A stretch of 60,962 bases of DNA, filler included, from Circinaria calcarea (Eukaryota): NCBI GenBank assembly GCA_051942165.1. It is 15 parts of 15 records of this genome, joined end to end, with 100 filler letters (N's around TTAATTAATTAA, not from the genome) between each part and the next. Parts side by side here need not be neighbours in the genome. Positions count along the whole stretch, not along the records: positions 36,678 to 40,645 come from JAVECS010002529.1; positions 40,746 to 44,713 come from JAVECS010002530.1; positions 44,814 to 48,778 come from JAVECS010002531.1; positions 48,879 to 52,840 come from JAVECS010002532.1; 11 more parts are not named here. One strand, given 5' to 3'. Shown piece after piece: positions 38,732 through 50,250 of the stretch (its first letter is position 1; each line of letters starts with the position of its first letter). The notes under the pieces were generated by a model. The model had not been told where the DNA came from. It saw only the letters and a list, made by a program, of their open reading frames with translations, and did not search any database. Made by a program: the position numbers and the translations under genes.

Positions 38732-40126
38732 ACTTTGGTAAATCTCTCCTCTTAAATTTGATATGGGAGCCTGCGTGGGAAAGCCATCATAAGAGAGAAA
38801 ACAAAAGCATACAAGGAGGGCACTACATCTTTAATGCAATGGCACTCTCGTGAGCATTTATGCGTATAAAATTCGGGAGATACCTAGAATATATGGCAGA
38901 ATGTACGCGCTCTCTCGATTAGCGTCGCTCCCCCCCCCCAATTCGCCTATTTCTGCCGCTTTCGGCACAACCCGTTTTCACGACCAACTCACTAAGGGAA
39001 AAAATCAAAGCCCCCTGAAAACGGGCTAAGCAGAAAGGGTTGGAAGGTATGCGTTGGGAAAGGAAGCAGAGAAATCTTGTCCTGAGGGTGCGCACAATAG
39101 GCTATTTAAGCCTCAGCCATCTATCTCGTGTGCTAGCATTTCGATGTGTCCAATACGAAGGAGTTCGTATTGAGTCTTCCCACTATAGGCCACCAAGACT
39201 TGGTGGGGATATTCGCTTACTTGCGCCCCGCCCATAGTGGAAGACTAAATACGAAACTCCTTTGTACACATCGTTACTATGTCAAAATACAGGCGCTCTC
39301 TTTTTTGGTGGGCGGGGGGGGGAGTCCAGTCCTTTTACAAAGGGTTACTAATAAGCGAAAGCGCTAGCTAAATTAGCCGGATTATACCTGATAATTAAAC
39401 CCACCCGAAAGACCGAGCGGACGGTACTTCAACTTCTTAAGAGGAGGGGTTCAGTGTTCAGGTGTTTGGAATCCGGATTGGTAGGGGCAGGAAAAGGAGG
39501 AGAGGAGGAGGGAGGGGAAAAGGGGAAGGGAATGAAAGGGTAGGAGCAGCGGTGCAGGGAGTGGAATGGAGTGGAATGGGAGGTGGGTGACCCCCCGTCT
39601 TTGGGTTTCACATGGCGGGTATTGAGACAACATCTTGGAGTGAAGAGAACCCAGAACGGCCTTTCAATTCTAATAATCTGTAGATACCGGAAGTGAAACG
39701 GCAGTCATTCATTTACAAGAAAAAGGGGCTCTCGAACTTCTAAGTCTATTCGTCATGGACCCCCGCTGATTCCACTTCCATTATCCAGTGAGCTGTCAAG
39801 GGTGACCTCCCAACTCCGCTTAATCACATCCCTCCCTCTCTTTGCCTATATACAGGCCATTTCCGTAGTTTTTTTACATGTCGTGAAAAGTACAGCTGCA
39901 ATATCGACATCATGACGAGGAGACAAGACGCATCTGTCTCGGTCCAATATGACCAATCCATCTCCAATCCTGTTTTCCATCCCTCTTCCAATTTACACTC
40001 TCTTTGCCATCTTCCCCAGATGTTTCTTCTCGCTTGAGGCTCGCGAGATTCTTTCTGTGAAGGTCGGTTTGAGTCTAATAAAAGAGCAGACAATTTCTCT
40101 AATGCGTTTGTGATTGCAAACCAGAT

Positions 40127-40645
40127 TTAGGGTTTGCTCAGTTGCTCCTTCCTGAAAAAAGTGAAAAACCCAATGCAAATGACCAACTGGAAGATCAAGG
40201 CAACCCAGAACCATGCCTTGGTCAATCCATCCCCGATTCCGGCGCTGAAATCGGGAAAGACGTCACCGGGACCAATCTTGTTAGGTGCAACAGCACGAGC
40301 AAGAATCGTAGCGATGGATCCGAGGACTTGCGCGGCGATGAGGGTAAAAGCAATGTGAATTCTCGTCAATGTCTGGAGTAGAATCATACCAAAGCCAACG
40401 CCTTGAAGGGAATCCAAGACACCAAGCCAGAGCCACAGAGCTCTACCCACGAGCGCAGAAGCCTGGGGGCCACCAGCCCAAGGAACGTATTGGCCAATGT
40501 TGGACGTTCCCCATAGCATCTGACACCATCTTGGAGCGCCGAGTCCGATGGCGAAGACAGGTAGAATCCAGCTATGATCTTTGGACAGGATACCGAATAT
40601 CCAAAGGAATATGGCCCAGACAACAACAAAGAAGAGAACACAAAG
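40127..40645 (-). CDS. ags1: Alpha-1,3-glucan synthase, C-terminal membrane domain
   Basis: GLGAPRWCQMLWGTS, LWLWLGVLDSLQGVGFGMILLQTLTR, APNKIGPGDVFPD and FFRKEQLSKP*. Confidence 0.93.
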   Translation of the reverse strand, partial: LCVLFFVVVWAIFLWIFGILSKDHSWILPVFAIGLGAPRWCQMLWGTSNIGQYVPWAGGPQASALVGRALWLWLGVLDSLQGVGFGMILLQTLTRIHIAFTLIAAQVLGSIATILARAVAPNKIGPGDVFPDFSAGIGDGLTKAWFWVALIFQLVICIGFFTFFRKEQLSKP

Positions 40646-40745
40646 NNNNNNNNNNNNNNNNNNNNNNNNNNNNNNNNNNNNNNNNNNNNTTAATTAATTA
40701 ANNNNNNNNNNNNNNNNNNNNNNNNNNNNNNNNNNNNNNNNNNNN

Positions 40746-40799
40746 TTTGCATATTTTTTAATAATAGTACCTTTAATAAGTCTATTTGAAAATAGTTTA
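40746..40799 (+). CDS. cob: Mitochondrial apocytochrome b, last transmembrane helix / C-terminal segment; the frame stays open into cox2
   Basis: FAYFLIIVPLISLFENSL matches the conserved ascomycete Cob ending (YFxYFxxIVPxxSLxENxL); only 18 codons are visible. Confidence 0.8.
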
Positions 40800-41207
40800 G
40801 CAGAGATGCCCGTTAACTTAGAAAACATTAAATCTAACACAGAAGATTCTTTTTCTCTGTCTCTGCCTCTGCAAGCAGGTTTTACAACGCAAGTATCAGG
40901 CAAATCCTCTAATTTAAAAGAGTGAACTGTAGATTACAAAGTGGACTACGATAGTCATGTGTATAAAAACGACCTAATAGCTAGATTCGAGGAGGAGACT
41001 AAATTATGTTATGAGAGATTAGACCAACTTTATGATGATAACTTTGCACTTCGTCAGATAATTAAAAGATTAAAAGAAAAAGAATATCTTGATAGTGAAA
41101 AAGATTTAAATCGTAAGAATGATGACAAAGATGATGTCTTAGTTAGTTCCATTTTACCAGCCAAGATAATAAGTACATATAACCTATGCTTATTCTCATG
41201 CGTTTTA

Positions 41208-41978
41208 ATGCTAACTTATTTAGCTAATGTTATAAAAGGTTATAACCTTTTAGAATACTGTGATACTCCAAGACCTTGAGGTGTATATTTTCAAGATAGT
41301 GCTACACCACAAATGGAAGGTTTAGTAGAACTTCATGACAATATCTTGTTTTATTTAGTAATTATCTTATTTGGTGTTGGTTGAATCTTAGTTTCAATAG
41401 CTAGAAATTACAGGACTGAAGAGTCACCTATTTCACACAAATATTTAAATCATGGTACATTAATTGAATTAATTTGAACAATTACACCTGCCTTGATTTT
41501 AATACTTATAGCCTTTCCATCTTTCAAGTTATTATACTTAATGGATGAAGTTAGTGATCCTGCTATGTCTGTTTTAGCAGAAGGACATCAATGATATTGA
41601 AGTTATCAATATCCTGATTTCTTAAACAGTGACGAAGAATTTATTGAATTTGATTCCTATTTAGTTCCAGAATCTGATTTGGAAGATGGTGCACTAAGAC
41701 TGTTAGAAGTCGATAATAGAGTTATTTTACCAGAATTAACACATGTTAGATTTATTGTTACTGGTGCGGATGTTATACATTCTTTTGCTTGTCCTGCTTT
41801 AGGTATTAAATGTGACGCATATCCAGGTAGATTGAGTCAAGTTTCTGTTTTAGTTAACCGTCCAGGGACTTTTTACGGTCAATGTTCAGAAATTTGCGGT
41901 ATTCTTCACAGTTCCATGCCAATTGTAATAGAATCCGTTTCCATAGAAAAATTCTTGGCCTGATTAGAAGAACAGTAA
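41208..41978 (+). CDS. cox2: Mitochondrial cytochrome c oxidase subunit 2 (code 4), intronless
   Basis: [42 protein letters not shown] and CuA motif [18 protein letters not shown] at conserved Trp positions; nearest in-frame ATG at 41208; TAA at 41976-41978. Confidence 0.98.
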
Positions 41979-41994
41979 TTCTAAAAAAAAAAAA

Positions 41995-43725
41995 ATGACA
42001 TTTTTAAGACCTGTATTATATTTATTACCTTCTATCTCCTTACAACTAATTAAGGATAAAAGTCTCTTATCTTGCTTTATTTACTTCGCACTAAATTTTA
42101 TTTGCATTGCGGTTGGCTCTTTAACTACAATTTTAAATTGTTTGATTAATTTAATGAGTGCTCTACCAATGGGTTTTTTCTTCGTTATTTTACTTATTAT
42201 ATTATATATATTAAGATACCTTTATTCTAATAAACCTGAAGTTATTTTTAAATGGTTTAAATTCTTTTGGATTTTACATTTTAGTATATTAGCTATTATA
42301 TTATTATGGAATAGTCCAGATTTAGCTTTAAGATTATATCCTATGGATAATGTATTTAGTAACCTATTTAATGAGAGGTTACTAAGCTGTTTTTATTACT
42401 ATACTGTTTTAGCTTCTCTCTCACTATATATATATACTATAGTATTATATAGTGTAAAATTAAAAGATAGTTGTAGTAGTTATAACTATTATCTAGCACG
42501 CATGTATGTATTATATCTTACATATAAGGAGAGGATTTCATGGGGTTTAATCTTTAATCTGATATTGATATTAGTAATGTGCATCTTTTTTAAATTTGCA
42601 CTCTTGTGCTTTATCTGTTTTGTTTCTAGTGTAAAGCCCGGTATATATATAATATTTTTTCTAAATATATCTTTTATACGTATACTAGCCTTTTTTTATA
42701 ATAAAGTCTATAAGTTAAGAGAAGAAAAGCCAATAAGAACTGTTTTATTTTCTATTTTTATTACATGAATTTTGGCTATTTCTATATTTGAATTAAATTT
42801 GTATCTATTTGGTGGATGCTTTATTGTTTATTTATGATACAACTATTTTGATGATAAATTGATCTGTAATAAGACAAATATTTTATCTTTTGATAATTAT
42901 GCGCAAAAAGCTGAGTATATTTCTAACCTGGAGAATTTATCTGATTTAGATAAATCCAATTTGTTGATGGACGAGATAGTTAATGTACATAATGAAATTA
43001 ATAATAATACAAGAAATAAACAATTTAATAGTAAGATAGAACTGCCACAAATAGAACTGCCTAGTGAATTTTATGATTCTGATTCTTGATTTAGAGGGCT
43101 AAAAGATTATACTTATCAGCTTTTTAGTTTGCTTGGTGAAACGGCTATGCAAAATAATAGAGCATTTTCTCAATATTTTCCTAATTCTTTAGGTATAGAC
43201 GGTTTAATATTTGAACCAAGATATGTTGATATACATAGAATACATGCACTTAGTGTCCTCCATACTTCTAGTGATATATGTAAGGTAAGACATCAATGAT
43301 CTTTAAAAGCTTATGATATTTTACATGATCCTCGTCGTTATCCTACATATCCTACAGATGGCTCTAGGAGTGTTAAATTTAGAGATCTAGAAAATATAGA
43401 TCTAGAGCAATATATGTTTATTAAAAATATTGTACAAAAGTTCGGGGATGCACATTTTAATTCTAAATTAGAAGATGGTGTAACTTCTGTTAATAATGTT
43501 TTAGTAGCTTTACATGATCACATGCACACTTTAGAAGAAATGGCATATAGAATGGATCGTTTGTTCACAAAATCTTATAAGAAGATGCATGAATTACATG
43601 AAGCAACGGATAATCTTTATCTACCTCTTATTTCCAAGAATATATCAGATGGACACTTACCTTTATTTAAAAGTAAAGGTATAGTCTTACCTTTTCCTAT
43701 AGTATTCTTCGGAGATCGATCTTAG
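41995..43725 (+). CDS. Unidentified mitochondrial ORF, 576 aa (code 4): hydrophobic multi-TM N-half, soluble C-half
   Basis: Track ORFs 41995, 42859 and 43414 share one frame and are separated only by TGA codons; the gaps were read codon by codon with no TAA/TAG until 43723-43725. Confidence 0.8.
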
Positions 43726-44021
43726 ACTATATTATTTAGTATAAACCAGAGGGTTTAACCCTTATTTATTTTTATTAAGCTAATATATGCTGGAAGATAT
43801 ACTTATAGTATAACCCTCTATAATATTGTTATTAATACACAATATTTTTAGACGCTCGACCCAGTCGAGGATCTTAGATTTTTGGTGATAAAGTATTTTA
43901 TTTTTTATCAGTTAATTTTTTTTATTAAAACCGGTATTTAGATATCATAAATATATGATCTAAATACAAGTTTATATTTAGAAAACTAACCTTTCTAGAT
44001 ATAAGCCGGATTATCTGTCCG

Positions 44022-44092
44022 AGGATATGCGTAGATGGCTCTACATATTGATTGCAGATCTTTAATTAAGGGTTTGATTCCCTCTTATCCTT
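44022..44092 (+). tRNA. trnC: Mitochondrial tRNA-Cys (GCA)
   Basis: Acceptor AGGATAT/TTATCCT, D stem GTAG/CTAC, anticodon loop TTGCAGA (GCA at 44054-44056), T arm AGGG-TTTGATT-CCCT; the anticodon stem is weak. Confidence 0.7.
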
Positions 44093-44193
44093 TTCTTTTA
44101 TTTAATTAACTTAAGTTAATATCTAAAAGTAATTTTATAGATAACTAGTATAAGGTTTCCTTTCTAGAATAACAAAACAAAAAATAAAAATAA

Positions 44194-44418
<225 letters not shown>

Positions 44419-44493
44419 TCACATATTATAATTATATACAATATAGATATTTATTCATTATCTCTCTCTTCCTCTTACTCATCCTCTTCCTCT

Positions 44494-44595
44494 CCTCTTC
44501 CTCTTCCTCTTCCTCTTCCTCTTCCTCTTCCTCTTCCTCTTCCTCTTCCTCTTCCTCTTCCTCTTCCTCTTCCTCTTCCTCTTCCTCTTCCTCTT
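44494..44595. repeat. (CCTCTT)17 microsatellite in the mitochondrial contig
   Basis: Perfect hexamer array, directly followed by a 14-bp-stem hairpin at 44599-44634. Confidence 0.92.
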
Positions 44596-45820
44596 CCCTC
44601 ATCATAGTTTTTATTTAACAAAAAACTATGATGACCGGACGAGAGTTTTCCGGGAATTTATTTAGACTTCTAAAAAAAAAATTCTCCAAATTACATTAGT
44701 GGAGTTAATTAATNNNNNNNNNNNNNNNNNNNNNNNNNNNNNNNNNNNNNNNNNNNNTTAATTAATTAANNNNNNNNNNNNNNNNNNNNNNNNNNNNNNN
44801 NNNNNNNNNNNNNGACCAGGAGGGGGAGGCGGTGGCGGCAGTCTTGGCCGCCTTGGGTTCCTATGGTGTGTTAGCATGCTAATTGTCGACAGGAGGTTTG
44901 ATACTTACCCTCGTGAAAAAAATGGGCGCCACATTGATGATGGAGCCTTGGGGGAGGGAGGAGAGGTCGTACTGCTTACGTTTCGTCATTACTACAGAGG
45001 CTGTTAGCTATACCGACGAGGGATCAAGGAGACCAAGAGGGAGTGAAAAGAGGTATACCTACTGTAAGAGTACAGCGAGGTGGACTTGGGGAAAAGATGA
45101 ACTGGGAGGGGCTACGAGGTCTATATATATTCACTGGAGACAGGCATCAGCATCATTCACGACTTATCACATCATCATGATTACGACAACTACATCCACC
45201 CCATTACCGCTGGGATTCACCTTTGGCATGTGGTAGCGGGGACATCTCCGGGTATGGCTTCCGAGTTTCCCTCTGCTAACCCTAACTACGTCTCTCGTTT
45301 GATATGCTGTCCCTGTTATTGATTTCTTTAATCCATGTATCGAGCGTGCGATTTACTAGGAGACTATTGCATTTCATCTCCGCGCATCAGTCTCTACGTA
45401 TCATGCTCTCTGTATCTTTCAGAGTGAGTTGCGAATCGATGGCCTCGATTTTGCTGTTGTTCCTTCCCAATAAGGAATGTCTACACGTTTAACTTTAGGG
45501 TTTGAGGCTATCTTCCGATTGGTCCAACGCATGACGTGTGCAACTCTTCCCGACGAGTACAGCTCCCCATTGGCTGGATTCGATTGCGATGACGGCGGGG
45601 GGGCCTTCGCAATGACGAACGGTCCACCAGGGGGACCGTCGAGGTTATGGGAGTCTGGTGGGTAAGGGGAAGATCGGGTGCAGGGGGGGATCGGGTGCAG
45701 GGCAGGGAGGCATCGTGCATTGAGGGCCTTCTCCTTTCTTTGTGTCCACGTACATATTTCAATTGATCATTATTGATTGAGTATCTTGTGTCTCTATTGT
45801 GATCTAACGACGTGAAGATA

Positions 45821-47948
45821 ATGCCTTCACAACAAAAGCGTGCTCGGCAAGTCTCTGACGACTCAGTCGTCCCAGAGAATACGGGGAGTGCCCCCCCCTT
45901 GCGGAGATCTAAACGGGCCTCCGTTCCTACTCGTCGTCCTGCAGAGGCTGACGCTGAGATAGGAGATGACCACGACTTCGACGAGAAGTCCGATGGGGAC
46001 GTCACAGATAGTGACGTTGCACCGCGGCCACCTAGGAAGAGAGGTAGAGTCGTGGTTGAGGAGGATACTGATGAGGATACAGTAGACTCGAAGCCCTTCA
46101 AGGAGGAAGAGGCCGTGGAGCCCTTCGACAAGAAAGAGGCTATCACAAAGGGTTACGCCGTTGTGTGGGATTCTGATTCTGAATTAGAAGATGAGGAAGA
46201 CGATGATGATGCTTCCGATGGGGATGAGTTCCTTGATGAGGAAGTTGAAGGGGATGGGGATGAGGATCTCATTTCAGCTGGTAAGGGCTACCGTTTCTGT
46301 ACTATGTTCTTGATGTTTATATATGATATATATGGTTGCTGCCCCCTGCTGTGTGATGTATTCTTTTCCAGTATACGTTATCTACCTTTTGCTTTGGAAC
46401 AAGCAGCTGCTTTCCAGCATGCCTGTGTTTATGATGCTTTTCAGATGAGATTTTCTAATAGTTTGGCCCAGATTCTAAAGTCGCGTTCTTTGAAGCGACG
46501 CTCAGGTATATACTCCTGACTATGATCACAATGGCAAAAAGTCTTGTCTATAGTGATTTCTGTAATGGGGATGAGCGCCCAATTCTGATTAGCTGGTGGT
46601 CATTCTTGTCAAACGTTGATATCGAGTTTCTAATGGAGGTATACCGTGGTGCTATACCAAGGAGAGTGCAACTTGTACTTGGTAATCCGGTAATCAAAAC
46701 AGCTGATCTCCTAGGTTTGGAGGTGAAAGATGGTTGGAAGATCTCCTCCTGGGGAGTTTATGTCGATGTGCTAACCAAATCTACTGACCCGGGCTGGTCT
46801 AGACGCTACGTTGGAAGTGGCACGTCTAAGGCTAGAGACCGGTCTCCGATTTAGGGCCTTCGGGACCGCATCGCAACGTACTTCAAGTGGTTTCGTTGTG
46901 ATAGGAACAATATACCCAAATGCTATTATAAGCAAGGGGGGCTCACTTCAGAGCAATGATGGAACCCAATGTGATGATACATCCTATCGTTATTGCTAAG
47001 TTTGTTGCAGGTATACCTAGGTCGTATGTCCTTCTGCTTGAAACGGCTATGATGTTGTACCTTCAAACATACAAGAGGCCAGCTTATGGGGGCTATTGGG
47101 CGCCACGCTGTACATTCGATTGGCAAGAGGCAGCTCAGCCTTCCACAATGGAGGATATTGACAAGCTGATCGGCTTGAATAGAGCTTGGCCATTGATGCA
47201 AGGTACGTCAAGCCGAAAATCTGTCGAGAAAATCTGCTGTCACTGTAAGACAACAGAGTCTATAGACTGGTTCAACGCAGATCCGACAAGACCTCTGGTT
47301 GAATTGCGTTGTTCCCCTTGTCAGCACTTCAAGCGTAAGTACAAAGGGACACAATTTCGTACGCCGCAGATGGAGAAGTCTCGGCAGCGAGTAGCCAAAG
47401 GAATTCACAAGTGTGACTGTTGCGGCTTTGACCTACCGGACAAGCGCTACGACAATCCGGAATTGCCTGGTAAATCTCCTCACCTATACTTCTGGGCGGA
47501 GACCGGGGAATACCTCTGTCATGCGTGCCGGAAATGGCGCCACAACGGCTATGAAGGGCCTAGGCCACTTGAACGCGGGTCTTGGTTAACTGATAAAGAT
47601 GCAGTGAAAAAGCTCGACATACCGGAGGGCCCAAAGCCTCGAGCCGCAACGAGTCAGAACTCTTCCAGGTTCTGTGGGGCATGCGGTACTACGGACTCTG
47701 GAGCGACAGGGTTTCAGATATCCAGAAAGCATGATCAGAAAACACGTTGCACAAAATGCAACGCTTCCATGCTTCGAACTATCAGTGATCGGAAGAAACG
47801 GCTTGCATCCGCAGCTAAGCCTAAGAAGTTTAAACCGTCTAAATATAACACAGAAGCTGATATTTTGAAGCATTACAGTAGGAGCGAGCTGTCAAACCAG
47901 ACAGTCGCCTCTTCTTCCTCTGGCCCAGTGCCGGATGGTTCAACATGA
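45821..47948 (+). pseudogene. GIY-YIG-like nuclease plus three C4 (GATA-like) zinc fingers; intron 46281-46471; one in-frame TAG and one frameshift
   Basis: Basic/acidic N-terminus; WGVY...RRYVGSGT...GLRDRIATY...YVLLLETAM; CHCKTT..DW...CSPC, CDCC...LCHAC and CGACGTT...CTKC. TAG at 46852-46854; frameshift at the G-run 46936-46941. Confidence 0.65.
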
Positions 47949-48678
47949 TCGACTTGATCTAGTTGAATTACCCTGATTGCCATGTCTAGGGCCGTGTGCC
48001 ATCAGGGTAGATCTTCGAGCAATGTCTATGGACTTGTGTCGAGATCTGCGTCATTCTGTCTGGCCTAGTGCCGGATGCTTGACAAGATAGCTTACCACTA
48101 TCTGCATTGGTTATTTTGATTCTAGGGAATCGAAATCTTTGATGTCATTGCTTCTTTCAGCTTGTCTGATCGAGTGGAGACGTCGTTTCTGGCAAAGGGA
48201 AAGAGAAGGAGAATAGGGGTGGTGTAGGCTTCGCCTATCATATAGGGAATAGTGTATCGACCATGTAGTTGGCACAATTAGCACTCTTAACAGCCAGTAG
48301 CAGGAATGTATTCCTGACATTCCGAAAATAGCATTGCATCAACTACACTTGGTTCAGTGCCTGCTTTACTACGCCAATCTACTGGCTTAGCCAGTAGCTA
48401 AATAGCACGCTGTAACCCCCCCCCCCACCCCCCCTTGCCTGGTACAGCCCTAAGGTTATCAGGATTAAGCGAGCGATGACGAATGAGTTTGCCTAAATTG
48501 CAAACATTCTCTTTCGTGTCGCGTTTGTCACTCTTTCAGGTGTCGGCTAGGATACTTCATCTTGAGTCGTCTTTGAGCTACGACAACTAAATGACCAAAT
48601 CTCTCTTCAACAGCTGAGGAGGTTACCTTTCATAAGCATAAGAACACTGCCATCCTCGAACACTTGGTTAGGTCAAAG

Positions 48679-48778
48679 ATGGACAATGAGACGGTGGGAC
48701 AGTTTATCAGCATCACCAACTCATCTGCCGAGAGAGCCCAACAGTACCTCGGGCTTACGGATGGCAATATCGAGCAAG
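48679..48778 (+). CDS. UBX-domain-type protein, N-terminal UBA-like domain only
   Basis: MDNETVGQFISITNSSAERAQQYLGLTDGNIEQ fits the UBA-like pattern F..IT.....A..YL....GN.E.A. Confidence 0.65.
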
Positions 48779-48961
48779 NNNNNNNNNNNNNNNNNNNNNN
48801 NNNNNNNNNNNNNNNNNNNNNNTTAATTAATTAANNNNNNNNNNNNNNNNNNNNNNNNNNNNNNNNNNNNNNNNNNNNGGGCAGTAGGGAGGAGGAGCTG
48901 TTTGGTGTTTTTTTTTTTTTCATTTTTGGTGGAGCTAGTTGATTAGGATTTCGGGGTTCTT

Positions 48962-49262
48962 TGTAAGGGTGCTAGGAAAAGCTAAACCGGCATAAGGGAT
49001 AGAGTCACTCCGGTGTGCACGATTACTAGGAGCGTAATATGGGTCTGTTGTTGTTCCATGAATGGCTATAAGCATGCTATTCTAAAGAGCGGGAATAGCC
49101 TGCTACATATTTTACCCTGCTCACCCTGCTCACCTCCATGAGCATACTGAGCAACCCTTCGTGCTTCACCTTGCTCGCCTCCATGAGCATACTGAGCAAC
49201 CGGTCCAGGGATTCCTCCGTTCCGGAGCTAGCCTTTCCTTAGTATGGCCTGACACCATAACA
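48962..49262. mobile_element. Solo-LTR-like element, related to 60120-60487
   Basis: TGTAAGGG...CCATAACA termini; shares CATGCTATTCTAAAGAGCG(A)GGAATAGC, GCACGRTTAC, CTGCTCA/TGAGCA arrays and AGTATGG..CCATAACA with the contig-15 copy; no TSD seen. Confidence 0.62.
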
Positions 49263-50250
49263 ACGATCTACGACTTCTTAATAATTTATTATGCTTATTT
49301 CTAGTTGAATATTGTGGAGCGACTTCCTTTTCCTTAGGGGAAAAAACGCTATTTTTGTCGTATTAGACGAGGGGTTCCAGCTTGAAAGTAGAAGGCATTC
49401 CACTCAAAAATTTTGGCAGTAGAAAATCAATGAACAAATCACGCACCGAGTAGCTATGATTTACTGAATTTCTACGAAAGCTGTCTCAATTTTCACTACG
49501 ACCCGGATATCGAGCATATATACTGCCCCACGCTTATTTTCTGCCTGTCCACAGTCGTTGAGACCTAGTGATTGGAATGCTCCAAATGGTTTCTACGTTG
49601 CTGACGCTGAAGATCAGGTTTGGACAAATAAAAAATTTCTAACGCTGTTCTAGACGGAGACAGACCTCGAGAAAGTACAGACAAAGTCCAGAAAACGGCA
49701 CTCAAGATGTTTCATTACGTTCCTAAGCCACTCTTTATGGCATTTCTTGAGTAAAGAAGAAAAGTATCGCCGCGCACCGGCGGGGAAACCCAGGGCTGCG
49801 TTTGCAATTGAACCAAAACCTTCAGGTATCTATATTCTATTACGTCTCTTTTTAAGGGCTGCACATTACCACGTCATATAGGAGTCGCAGGTTTGAAAAG
49901 GAAGACCAACGCGAAGAGTAGTAGACTCCGCGGAGTGTGATGTTTTAAGCCTAGCCCCAAAGGAAAGATCCGGGTTGTATACTATCAGCGGCGACTGGCC
50001 CCTGTTATTTTCGAAACTATCAGCTTCAGGCTCAATTTTATATTCGTTAATTTTACGTCCGCTAACTCGATATTCGTCAGCTTCACATCCCTTAACTCCA
50101 TATCCCGCAGATCCACGTCTCTTAACCGCACGTCCTTAAATCTCACAACCATCGCCTTTCACCTCCCCGTATTCCCCCTTCAATCTATTACGTATGCGAG
50201 CGAATAAATAGAAAGTTTATTAGCAAGCACGTGTGCAGTTTTTCCGCCTT

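Noticed and set aside
41277..41963. TGA codons in cox2 as pseudogene stops or a decayed NUMT
   Set aside because: All fall at conserved Trp positions (mould mitochondrial code), and cox2 and atp9 are otherwise intact.
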